Assembly (NCBI GenBank): GCA_965112155.1
Contig: OZ218105.1
Reading direction: 5' to 3' (one strand)
DNA from: Podarcis liolepis
Taxonomy: Eukaryota
DNA: 64,000 nt
Shown here: in pieces, positions 37,820 to 49,410 of the stretch
Layout of the letters: the number at the start of each line of letters is the position of its first letter
How positions within the stretch are numbered: the stretch's first letter is position 1
The notes under the pieces: model-generated
What the model saw: only the letters and a program-made list of their open reading frames with translations
What the model was told of the DNA's origin: nothing
The model's database searches: none
Program-made: the position numbers and the translations under genes

Positions 37820-37990
37820 TTACCCTGGGCCTAAATCAAACCGCTGGTTTTGACCTATGAAGCCTTAAACAGCTCAGGACCACAATATCTCATGGTCTAC
37901 CTCTCCCCATATGAACCGATCCAAACCCTGCAATCATCATCTGAGGCCCTTTCTTGCATGCCTCCTCTACGAGATGTCTGGAGGGTGGTG
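37820..37990 (+). mobile_element. L2 LINE ORF2 C-terminal fragment
   Basis: Translates LVLTYEALNSSGPQYLMVYLSPYEPIQTLQSSSEALSCMPP, like the L2 motif TYKAL..GP.YL...L.PY.P.R.LRSS. Confidence 0.75.
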
Positions 37991-38694
37991 ATGTTTAGAA
38001 AGATGCTGGATGCAGATAGTGAGAGTCATAGGCCTGGCCTAGGTTCACTCTCCAAACTGACTCCTATTCTGGATGAAGAATATTTCATACAGGTTTGGTG
38101 GCAGAGAAATAACTCTGTGATACAGCTCAGAAAATGTTTTTTTCAGACAGAAGTCTTAAGGCCCTATGTAATATAGAGATCAAACGCCCTCAAGATGAGC
38201 AGGTTGATGACATTTCATTGGCAGCCTGTGACATCTAAAAGCTGAACATTGCAGAACCTAATTAGTCTGAACATAATTAGTTATAAGAGGTACCTGACAG
38301 AGCATCAAATCAGTGCAAAAGATCTTTGGTTGGATTTAGGACCCCTTTGAGGGGTTGGGGATAGAATGAAGAAAATTGCATCTGGTGCATTGCAAATGAA
38401 TGATGCCAAACTTAATTATTAAAGAAGAAACATGAGATCAAGCACAGAGAAATGAGCGTGTGTCTCAGTCTTTATGGTTGGAGCACAGCTGTCCTGGACA
38501 AAATCTTGACTTTGGTGTGGTAGCATCAAGAGTGACATCAAGAAATGATGGAGATGCAGAGGATACATGAGGAAACAATACAGAAGCTGCAGGAAAAAGA
38601 GGGGGGAAATGACACCGGGAGTTTGGGTTAGCTCATCTGGAAGAGTCAGAGATGAAGAAAGATTTTGAGAGTTGGTGAAACAGCAAAGCAAATG

Positions 38695-39202
38695 GAAGAA
38701 AAATGGAAGAAGCAAAGATCACCAGTGTTGAAGCAATGATTCTGCAACATCAACTTCGTTGGACTGGTCATGTTGTGCGGATGCCTGATGATCATCTTCC
38801 AAAGCAACTACTCTATTCCGAACTTAAAAATGGAAAGCGTCATGCTGGTGGTCAACAAAAGAGGTTTAAAGACTGTCTCAAGGCAAATCTAAAAAAGTGT
38901 AGTATAAACACTGACAACTGGGAAACATTGTCCTGCGAGTGCTCCAGCTTTTACCAAAGGTGTTATGGGCTTTGAAGACACTCAAACTCAGGACGCAAGG
39001 GAGAAACGTGCTAGGAGGAAGGCACGCTTGGCAAATCCACACCGTAATCAACTCCTGCCCGGAAACCAATGTCCCCACTGTGGAAGGACGTGTGGATCCA
39101 GAATTGGCCTCTACAGTCACTTACAGACTCCTTGTTAAAACCGTGCTCATGGAAGACAATCTTACTCGGCTACAAGTGATCACCAAAGAAGAAGAAGAAG
39201 AA
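38695..39202 (+). mobile_element. 5'-truncated RTE-clade LINE (C-terminus plus 3' tail)
   Basis: QLRWTGHVVRMPDDHLPKQLLYSEL..GKR..GGQQKRFKD motif; after a frameshift CPHCGRTCGSRIGLYSHLQTPC*; (GAA)n tail; TSD AAAGCAAATG (38685-38694, 39203-39212). Confidence 0.9.
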
Positions 39203-40640
39203 AAAGCAAATGTGAATTGGAATGGCACCAACTGAAAAAGAAGCCAGCAGCAGTGGAATGCCCAGATTTCCACTCTGTGCCTGTTGACAACACTCCAATC
39301 CAGTGGTAGAGATACCTTACTAACGGACCATGAAAGTTTGTTCTGTAGTGATACTGGTGAGTGAAAACATTTCTGCTTTATATGTTGCTGTAACTTGCTC
39401 CCCAGTGCTGTAGAACAGCACCCTCTGCCCCACCGGGCTAACAAACACCATCTGCCTTGTGGGGGGAAAAAAGAGAGCCGGGGCAGAAAAAACTCCACCC
39501 TCGGACATGGCGCGTTAAAGTGTGGACTTCTGCTTGGAAAGAACGAGGCAAAAGGCAAATGTGTGTATGCCCTAAACTGGATGGATCTTGGTTGGATGCT
39601 GTATGGGAGTTCTTATGTTCTTATACCAGAGATAAGAATCCTGTGGCCCTCCAAATGTTGTTGGACTTCAGCTATCATCCATGATATCATCAGCCATGCC
39701 AGCTAGGACTGGTGGCAGTTGGAGTCCAATAGCATTTGAATGGCCTTCCAAAGCTCTTACACAATAAAGGAAAAGGAAGGTTTGATTCAGTTTGACTGCC
39801 AGAATGTTGTTACTATTCTCCTAAAAGATGTTTCAAGTTCATCCTTAGCAAATATTTGCTTTGTAAAGGCATGTTCATCGCATTCTGGTCTCCAGTATGT
39901 TGATACTAACCTATCCTCAAATCACAGCTGAGTATAAGTAGATAATAGGCTTTATAAGCGTATTTGTTTTGTTTGTTGGTGCTGTACTGGTGTAATCATA
40001 AAGTAAGTTTGAACTTTCATGTCCCTTTATCCTCTAGTGATGGACAAACTTAATGAAACAAAGGAATTAATACCAGGATAGGCCTATAAATGTGTTTTTA
40101 GGGTCACACTGTGTGGATGCTGAGCTCTCAGTTAAATTGGAACATTTGTGTGGGTACACACACATATATGAGTAGTATTAATCAGAGTAGAAGGTGGCAG
40201 AATACAGTGGATTTTTAATCCTTTTGCTGTTACAGTTATTGTTGATTCACTGTAGTTGTGCCTAGGAAAGCATCTTTGTCCAGGTCTGATAGACATACAG
40301 TATGTATGAGAGTACTATTTTCCTTTCCAGCACAACCGAACATGAAGATACGGTGAATAGGATTGGAGTAAATTTCTGTTCTGCTGTATGTGTTAATATC
40401 TAGGAATCCCACTGTAATCTCTGTTAGAAATTCTATTGTAAACTCTACCTCCATTTCAACAATCAGTTGCAACATGAAATTTCAGTGACAGGATTTCCTG
40501 TACTGTATATGAAATGAAGATGATTGCATAGAACATAAATGTGCCAGCAAGACAGATTTGCATATGGAAGTAGGTTTCTGCATGTGCAGCATGTATGGTT
40601 GTCTATTCACCTTCTGATATTTGCCCAGGTTTTGTAAAAC

Positions 40641-40805
40641 AGAGTTAGATCAATGGCTAAACTAGCTCAGTATTGTTTACACTGACTGCTAGTGGCTTTT
40701 CCAGGATTTCAGATAGGAGTTTTCCCTAGCTTTGGAAATGCCAGGGATTGAACCTGAGACTTTCAACATAGAAGGCAGATGCACTACCACAGAGCTGTGC
40801 TTCTT
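40641..40805 (-). mobile_element. tRNA-derived squamate SINE (Squam3-like)
   Basis: Reverse strand shows A box (AGCTCTGTGGTAG) and B box (GGTTCAATCCC), followed by the CAGTCAGTGTAAACAATACTGAGCTAG body. Confidence 0.7.
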
Positions 40806-42872
40806 CTCCTGAGCTATGGGTCTTCAATAGCTCTTTAGACATAGCCTAAAAAATATAGCACTTGAAGTGGCTAGTAATATCTTTATTATACGGGTAGGGA
40901 TGTACATTCCCATTCTGGACCTCTAGTTGTTATATACATATAGAGGAAGATTGGAGTCAAAGAGAGGTACGGTAATCTGTGTAAACAGATTTGGCAAGAA
41001 TTTACCCAAATGAATCCCCCCCCCAACTTAATGGGACATGAGATACTGTCCACCACAAGTAAAATACAGCACTAGTATCTGGGGATCTTGCAGTTGCAAT
41101 TTAACACTTTGAAATGGTGGATAAGTGATCTTGTACAGCTGAATTGATGTATTGTATTCTGTACTCTTGAAATGAGCCTCATTAATGAGTTTAGGAAAGT
41201 TACTAGCTCACACATTTTTAATTTTTAATTTTACTAGTCTGTTGAGGGCTGGCCGAGGAGGAAATCTGCTACATTTCTAGTACGGGGTGTTTGTGTCTTC
41301 CATCCTATGCTTGGTTTCTGTGCTGGATGCAAGGGAGGGATAGAGCAGTCCATCTCTCCTCTGCCAGCCTGCTCACTTGCCTGTATATAATTCCTTGACC
41401 TCTATGTCTCTGACTACCAGGTGAGTGGTTAAATACAAAGCTGCTTTAGACCTATATGCAGTATGTAGAGGATTCAAAATTACAGTGAAACAATAGGTGA
41501 TGAATTATAGTTGAAATGATACTTGGAGAAAGTGATACAAATGAATAGGGGGAATAATGCCTTGAAAAAACTCTGACCCAACTATTACCCCATGGAGAAT
41601 GGGAAACTGGTCTGAAATTTGTAATATATGCCTGTATAATGTTCCTAGATTATCATCTTCATAATGTAAGAAAGAACTATGTTAAAAGTTAATGAAGGAA
41701 CTCCAATGGAACTCTATTAGAATATTTTTCCCACCATTAAATGACTGGTACAGACTTTTAATGGATGTTTTAACAAGGCTCTGTTATCCAAAGGACTATT
41801 GCTCAAATTGAAATCGGGCATATAATCAGTGAAGAGAAGCATTTTGGGTGGGAGAATATCAATGAAGTGCAAGTTGGTGGGGGGTGTAGCAGTGGGAAAA
41901 GGAAAGACGCAAGGGTTAGCCTGTATTTGTAATGACAAACGCCACAAGAATGGAGATGTGTAAACATTTCGCACAAAAATTATGGACAAGCTATCTTGAG
42001 AATGATAAACACATTACTCACACGTCTTTAGATACCACTTCAGCTTTCAAAATGAACATGGCAAGGGAGACTTTGTAATCTCCTCTCCCCACTGTTTTGC
42101 TATTCTGGGAAATATTTGTCTTGACTTTTCATCAGACATGCAATTCTGGTGTTACAGGTCAGAATACAGGGAACTGCATCACTATTCTTGCATGACCACT
42201 GGGGCTATTGAGTGTGAGGAAACGGAGGTCAACAGTCTCACTGACCATGTACAAACCTAAACTAGTTCCCTGAATATGGTTATAATCTTTCACCGTCCAG
42301 CTGCCCTATTCTTTGCAGCAAAATTCATAAGTCCTCAACAGTACCTCTCTGCTTTTCATTTCATTTCATTTCTATTAGAGTCTTTTTATATAGCCCAGTT
42401 TGTTTTCTTTTCCTATTGATTATTTTAATGTCTTACTTGCATTCCCTCATTTCCCCCCTTTCCTCATCACTGAAATAAGTATGCTTCTTCTCTCACCAAA
42501 ATGATATCTTTCTCTTTCCTTCATTATATCCTGCATCTTCCAACCTCATCCTGGCACAGCTACAGATTTCAGAAGCCTCTTGAAAGGCTGTGCTTATTGG
42601 GTCCCCCAAAGTGCTGAATTGCTCCATATCACAGTGCCAGCATTGGCTAAATTCATGAGCAAGCAGATCTGGCAGCCATGGTAGTCTTTAATGGGCCAAC
42701 CATGTGGATAAGCAAGGGGGAGGGCAATATTGAGGTGGGCACTTGCAGTAGTGCAGCTATTGCAAGGCATAAGTAATAATATTAGCTGGGGACGGGCAAC
42801 GTATCAGCCCCACTATGAAAGGTGTTGATACATGGTCTCACATTGGTTCAAGCTTATAGTCCAAAGAAATAG

Positions 42873-42992
42873 AATCATAGAATCATAGAGTTGGAAGAGA
42901 CCACAAGGGCCATCGAGTCCAACCCCCTGCCAAGCAGGAAACACCATCCGAGCACTCCTGGCATATGGTTGTCAAGCCTCTGCTTAAAGACC
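42873..42992 (-). mobile_element. Young 5'-truncated CR1 3' end
   Basis: (AGAATCAT)n tail, GAGTTGGAAGAGACC...GTCCAACCCCCTGC; 13-bp TSD TCCAAAGAAATAG (42860-42872, 42993-43005). Confidence 0.88.
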
Positions 42993-44861
42993 TCCAAAGA
43001 AATAGTCATAGGCCATATATTTCCCAGCAATGGCCCATATTTACCCACCATTTATTTTCCATCTTGCTAGGTGTTGGTTACTTGCTGGTTACGAATGGCA
43101 TCATATTGGTTATGAATGGCATCATATTGGCCTTAACCCTGCGATAGGCTGATATTTAGCCATATAAAATAACCATATATTTGAAAACTTTGGTCGGTTA
43201 ACACTTGTGATACCTAAGAAACATTTCTGGTTCTATCTAGATATTCTGGGGTGTTTTTCTTTTACGCTGAGTTATAAATTAGCGACCACAGAAATAAGAA
43301 AGCCAAAGCCCTTCGCTCTTGATACTAGTAAAAGCTTCATACTGGGCATAAACTGTTGTTTCTTTTGGAATGAGGGAAGGCCAGCTCTTCTCTGAAAGCA
43401 CTGAACTGGTTTAATTGAAAGAACAATTTGATTTGCTGCTATAGATGCTGCTCCAGTAAAACAGCTTGGAATGCTAACAAATTTTTTACTTTCCTCTCCC
43501 AAGCCAAGGATTTAGTACTGGCAGGTGAACTTGTGAAGGCTGCTCTCAAATATACAGAGACAATAACTGTCTTGGAGGTGGAACTTTGTCAATATTTTTT
43601 GCCTTGAGCCAAAAAACATTCAGAATAATGGTGTGCTAAAGTCCTGCTCAAAAATGTAGCAGCTAGACAAAGGGGAATTTATTCCAACTTTAGGACTGTG
43701 TGCTTTCTTAGTCATCTGTATGTTGTAGCATCAACTATCAAGACATTTGAGGATGCCTGAAGGCATGTTTCTAGTTTCCTTTAAGTGTACATAATGCCAA
43801 CTATGTTTTTGTTCTAAACAGAAACATTGCCAAGTGTTAGATTCAAACTTTAACTTATTACACCCTGAAAGCTATTTGAAGATACCTCTGTATTTTAAAT
43901 ATTAGCCCAACAAAACCATTTATCATTACTTAACTGGGAAATAAAATATTTATAGGAGCTTGCCATTTAAATACTTCTATGTTCTTATAGCCTCTAGTGA
44001 AGACAAAGTGTGATAACAAAATACTGGGATAAATTGGCAATACATGATAATTTTATCATTATAGCAATGAATAAAAATGTGAAGACATCATGCACAGCTA
44101 TAGAACATCGATACCTCCAACCCAGAAATATAGACAAAGGAAATAAATAAAACTATTTACACATGGAAAACAGTCTTCACTTCCCCTAATTAGGACTATA
44201 AATAGAGCTGAGCGGAATGAAGGTGTTAATGCCTCTCAAAAAGTAGCCCCGTTTTTTTTTGAAGTGTGTGTGTGTGGATGCATCCCTGTTGTTTCAGCGA
44301 CTGGACCAAATATTCCCTGTTTTGCTGGGAAGTCACAATGAAACTGCTGCAGCATGGTGAAATAGAAAGCATTGTTCTAGATGCATAGGAGCGCAGATTC
44401 TGCATATCCTCATGATATTGCAGTTAGTGGAATGTGTGCTTGAATATACATTCCAGTGCGCATTCTGACCCAAATGATGTGGGACTTCAGAGTGAGACCA
44501 GGTCAGCTTTGTTTGCTCACCACATAAGAGCGACTTTAGCATATTTAACCATGTGATCCGTGGTTGTGGTGTGCAAGTCCTATTTCTGTCTTACCTAAAA
44601 CCATTTGGACTCTGAGGGTTTTTGTTGAATGTTGGTAAAATGTCATGGTTTCCAGTGAACATGTAACAGGAATGCTTGAAAAGCCCAAGTGGGTGAAGCA
44701 CCCTAATTTTTCTGCAAGTTTCCCCTGACTTCCTCGAGCAAAATAGGCCTTATGATGGGGAAGGGTGGTGGCTTAAGATACTTGGGACAGCTCATTAGCA
44801 CACAAAAATGGTCTTGAAGGCTTCTCCATAGCTTGGAGCATAAGTTCCTGCTGGGGATCAT

Positions 44862-45019
44862 GGGGCTGGTAGTTAGTAGAGCATGAGACTCCTAATCTCA
44901 GAATCATGGGTTCAAGCCGCACGCGGAGCAAAAAGATTCCTGCATTGCAGGGGGTTTGGCCTTGATTGCCATTGTGGTCCCTTCCAACTCTACAGTTCTA
45001 TGATTCTATAATTCTATGA
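44862..45019 (+). mobile_element. tRNA-Lys-derived SINE with a CR1-like 3' tail
   Basis: Head TAGAGCATGAGACTCCTAATCTCAG...GGGTTCAAGCC (tRNA-Lys(CTT)-like), then GATTCCTGCATTGCAGGGGG...CCCTTCCAACTCT and a (TTCTATGA)n tail shared with the CR1 at 28494. Confidence 0.8.
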
Positions 45020-45639
45020 CCAATGATCAGACTGGGTAGTAGGAGGGATGTAGTTCAAGGCCCATTATAAGTCAAATCCAGCTCTGATTGTTCTGGGCTT
45101 AACTGCACTGAGGGCAGGTCTTGCAAGCAGGGAACATTTGTTTTTCTAGCTCCTGTTTAAAGTCTTGCTCTATCTCTTAATTCCCCTTAGCTAGGATCAC
45201 ATAGTGAAGGAGAAAGTAGAAACACTCTTACTAAGAATGATGCAGAAAGAGCAGCAGATGAAAGGAAGAATGTTTGTGAAAATTCCTAGAGATTGTAAAC
45301 TGTAAGAAGCTTCAAAGTGGCATTGGCATATTGGACACCTCCAAAGCAGCAAATCCTTATGTCACCAAAAAACTGCATTAGAAGTGAGTTTTTGACTGTG
45401 CAGTGTCACAAACACAATGCTAAGTTGCAGTTGAGGAATATGCAAACAGTATTAGTAGCAGAAAACAGCTAGGACTGGTTTTTACGTAGACATGTGCTAC
45501 TGTAATTACACAATGAGGTACAGTACCTGGAATGCTGATATTTGCCAGTGTCATAGTTGTGGCATATGATAAGAGATAAAAAGTGTCTGCACATAAGAGA
45601 TAAAAAGTATCTAATTTATAGCAGGAAGTCCATTAATTT

Positions 45640-46080
45640 AGATATCATGCCAAATTATAGCACAAACCATTGTTTTCAAAACCACTTCAAACTGATTCTG
45701 ATTTTCTGGCTGATTGCAAGCAATGGTTTGTTAAGTCATGTATTGTGAAAACCTTAGTTGAGCTTTCTTTCTCAAGTCCTACCACTGTGACCACAACCAT
45801 GGTTTGGCTTAGTGTGTTGTCCAAACCCATACACATTATAAACCGTTAATCAAAGTTTATTCTTAGTTTACAGCTTGTGGTTTGTCTGAAGGAGACAAAC
45901 CATAAACCCAGAGTCAATTACACACCAAGCCAAGCATAGTTTAGCTTACTACAGCACAGCGGCACCAGGACCAGAGGAGAAGCAAAGCAGCTGAAATGTC
46001 CTCTATGGGACACTATGTACTCATGCATTCACACTAAGCCATGGTTTGCCCTAGCATTATTTGTGATACATCACAGTGTT
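45640..46080. repeat. Cluster of degenerate AAACCATGGTTT-motif elements (probable old MITEs)
   Basis: Many variants of the palindrome AACCATGGTT; similar clusters at 46700-46940 and 25003-25130. Confidence 0.5.
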
Positions 46081-48865
46081 GTAGTTCTCTTTAAACCTGT
46101 CGTACAGCACAGAATTTCATTCATTTACACATACATTCAAAGCATTTCTATCCTCATCTGGAAGAGCCCCCATTGTGGCTTAGAAATTAATAGGAATAAC
46201 ACAGCCCCTGTCCTCAGGCTCACAATTAAAAAAAGGCATGGCAGAAAAGGAATATGGGAGTGGGAGGGAAAGCAGGTTCTGTCTCCAAATTCTTAATGTT
46301 TCAAGTTTCTTACAATGACCAGCTTCAATGGTAACTGACTGCTGTTCTCATGCCCCTGAGAATAGCCTGGTGATCCAGCCTTCTGGATCACCTGAAAGTT
46401 GTTTACAAGGTGGAGCCTTTGGGCACCTAGCTAAAATCTGCTGACTTCTTGCCACTCCTGTCACAAAGTCCCCTGCCCTGCCAGGAGATGGCCTTACCTT
46501 ACATTGCAGCTGGAACTGATGATCTCTGTAAGGGGATGGAGGGATCTAGCCCAGCTAGTAAGAATAGCATTGAGTACATGAAAAATGTTATCCTGGGGAT
46601 TTGGTTGGGAGTGCTTTCCACTGTGTATTAATCTGTAGGACTGGTATGAAAGAAACCGTAACTAAGAAGCAGAGATAAAGATAAGCTGCATCCATACATA
46701 ATGCTAAACCATGGTTTGTTATCATGATCAGACGGTTTTCTCATGATTCTTCATGCATGGAAATTAAAGATTTTATTCCTGCTTTAGCTGCAAACCAAAC
46801 ATTTGCCATTATGGTTTGCAAATGCACTACAAAACTTGGTTACTGATTAAGTTTTGCTACTGACTTGAAAGTCATAGTTGTCAGTTCTGATCTCACGAGA
46901 AACCATAATTAAGATTCCTTAACCATAGTTTGATATGGTATGTAAACTCTGCCAGCCTCTTTATTTCAGAATGTTACAGCTTCTTTGAATTTAATGGGTA
47001 GCCTTAATTTCAGAATGCTGCTTCTCTGTCTTCACAGATCATAAACTATAGTTTCTTCCAGATTTTTTGTCAGAAAAATTTAGTGGGTTTAGATAGAAAA
47101 ATACTTTTCTGTTGTTTTTGGCTGCCTGTTGCTGGGCCTTGTTTTGGATTGATGTTGATAGTTCTCCTTTCTGACCACTTGTTGCTGCTATTACTGTTTA
47201 TAATAATAAACAGCTGCTACATAGCCAGAAACTTTGAGAAACACAGTGGTGTTTGTATTATCTGGAGGGAAGCACAACTTTTGATGGGTTGGAAAGGAAG
47301 TTAAGTATCAAAATATCCTGAATTGGGTTTTGAACTCAAACAGTAAAACATAGCATCCATCCATTGATGGAGAGAGATAATGGGGAAGAGATGCTGTGGA
47401 ATGGTGTAGCTTCATCCATTGAGTCTGTGTAACAGCGGAGAAGAATCTTAGTTTGAATCATGCTTCATTCTTCCCCCCAAGTTCCTGTTAAACATAACCA
47501 AACAGATATAATTTTTATGACCGTGGAGACTAGAACCAATTCCTTTAACTTAACGGAATAGGGATTTGCTAATATTTCTCCAGTTGTGCTTCACAGTGCT
47601 TACAAACACAACACACACAACTCCAGTGCAGATCATTGTGCTTTAAACCCTGCAAATTGGCAAAGCCTTCACGGAAAGTAACAAGGAGAGTGCTTTGAAA
47701 ACCTACAAGAAAGTACTTGATCAAAAATATAAAACACAAAATCATGAGTCAATGGCAGTGAATTTCAGTTGAAGAATTGAAACCTAATTCATTGAACTGT
47801 GACTGAAAACAAACCATGTTAAATGTTTATTAACTTGTATTTCTGTTATCAGTGGATTTATGTGTAAAGGATAGGGTAGAGGGGAAGCTAGGGAAATCTT
47901 ATCCCTCTGAATTATTTGCTTCTAGCCCTTAAATGGTGATGTAAGGGGAGTGTATTTTCCTCTTCCTTTTATGCTTTCCCCTCTGCTTTGAATTAGTGTA
48001 GCTAAATATATTATGCCATACTATTTACCTCAGTCTGCAGTTTCACTACCTCTGTATGGCTTCCCACTCTTAGAATTTTGCAAATAAATCACTGATCAAT
48101 GTAGAGAGGCATCACGGCAAGTGTGAAGGCAGAATATTTTTTATGATGCCATAAACTGGATTTATTATTATTTTCTGCATGCAACTTTGTACATTTAAAG
48201 TTCATCTACATAGTACGGTATTGTATATGGGTTTCGTTTAATTGACGCTAATTAACTACGGGGCTGGGTTTATTTAATATTTTTTTGTTTTGTAAAATAG
48301 TTACAAATCAGTATAGGCTATGCTGCACTGGTCTCCACGATTTCTGAGAAACTATTTTTGTCCAGTATAAAATAATATATTATTTACATATTTGTAGAAT
48401 AAGGATGCACTGTTAGTCTTTTGTTAATTTCCAGGTAATTAAACATTATTGTCTATTTATGAAAGAATTGATGTGATCTGTTTATAGTATCAAGACTGCA
48501 TGATACCAAACTATAGTTGCATCCCTAATTAATGTACATAATTGTCATGGTTTTAAGGTGAAAATTAAAAAATGCTGTCAAATTAATCATCTACTAGGAG
48601 TTCATTAATTAGCTAACCTCATATAAATGGGCTGCATTTCGATGACAACTAGGAGTGAAAACCTAACTAACTGAAGTCAGTAGGAGCATTTACATTGAAT
48701 TCAGTGCGATTAGTTCCACAAAATAATTTTATCTATTCTAGAGACTGTATTGGGAAACAGGAGAAATCATTTTAGTGCTTTACAGAGGTTTTTCCAGACA
48801 GAGGTCTATCAATATGACCATCTTTAAAATAATAAAACATATTTATTGTTGAACCAAAATACACT

Positions 48866-49055
48866 GGGTTGTATTCAATACAGTACAAGCAGAGTTCTGC
48901 TTCCCCATCCTTCATGCCGCCCCAGATGCTTGCCCCAATTTGGAGCAGATTTTGAGATTTTGAGGAAGATTCCAAGTAAGATGAGGAGGTAGGGAATTCC
49001 ATTGGGCAAGTGGACCTCCATTGTGTGAGCAGAACAGAAGTGTTGGACATAACCC
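48866..49055. mobile_element. Old MITE with GGGTTGTATTCAA-type TIRs (Harbinger-like)
   Basis: GGGTTGTATTCAA ... TTGGACATAACCC; a related start at ~49707. Confidence 0.55.
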
Positions 49056-49214
49056 ATTTTTAACTCTCCATCTGCCAAGGTGAAATGTATAATAACGCCA
49101 TTGTTTCATGATAATGTGCAGCATATTACAAAATATTTTGCCTCATAACACATTAGCAAAACGTAGTCCTTTTAAAACTGCAGAATATATAAAGAAACAG
49201 AATTTATATGGCAC

Positions 49215-49410
49215 TTGCTTAGTGTTCTAAAATGATTCACATGCGTTATCTCATTCATTTATAAAACTCTGTAAGGGAGCAGAGTGCTATTTCCATAATG
49301 CAGATAGGGAGCTGAGACAGAGAAAGTGATTTGCTTAAGGCCAACTGAGGTGAGAGATGAATGAGGAATTTCACATCTCACATTCTTTACCACTGCACTA
49401 CACCTGGCCT
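49215..49410 (-). mobile_element. MIR/CORE-SINE-like remnant
   Basis: TTATCTCATT...GCAGATAGGGAGCTGAGACAGAGA.AGTGATTTGCTTAAGGCCA...TTTACCACTGCACTACAC. Confidence 0.65.

Noticed and set aside
38703-38975. 90-aa ORF as a host gene
   Set aside because: Truncated, frameshifted RTE retrotransposon fragment with a tail and TSD.
44862-44930. tRNA-Lys gene
   Set aside because: Degenerate acceptor/D stems and anticodon, fused to a CR1-like tail: a SINE head. The same applies to 40730-40805.
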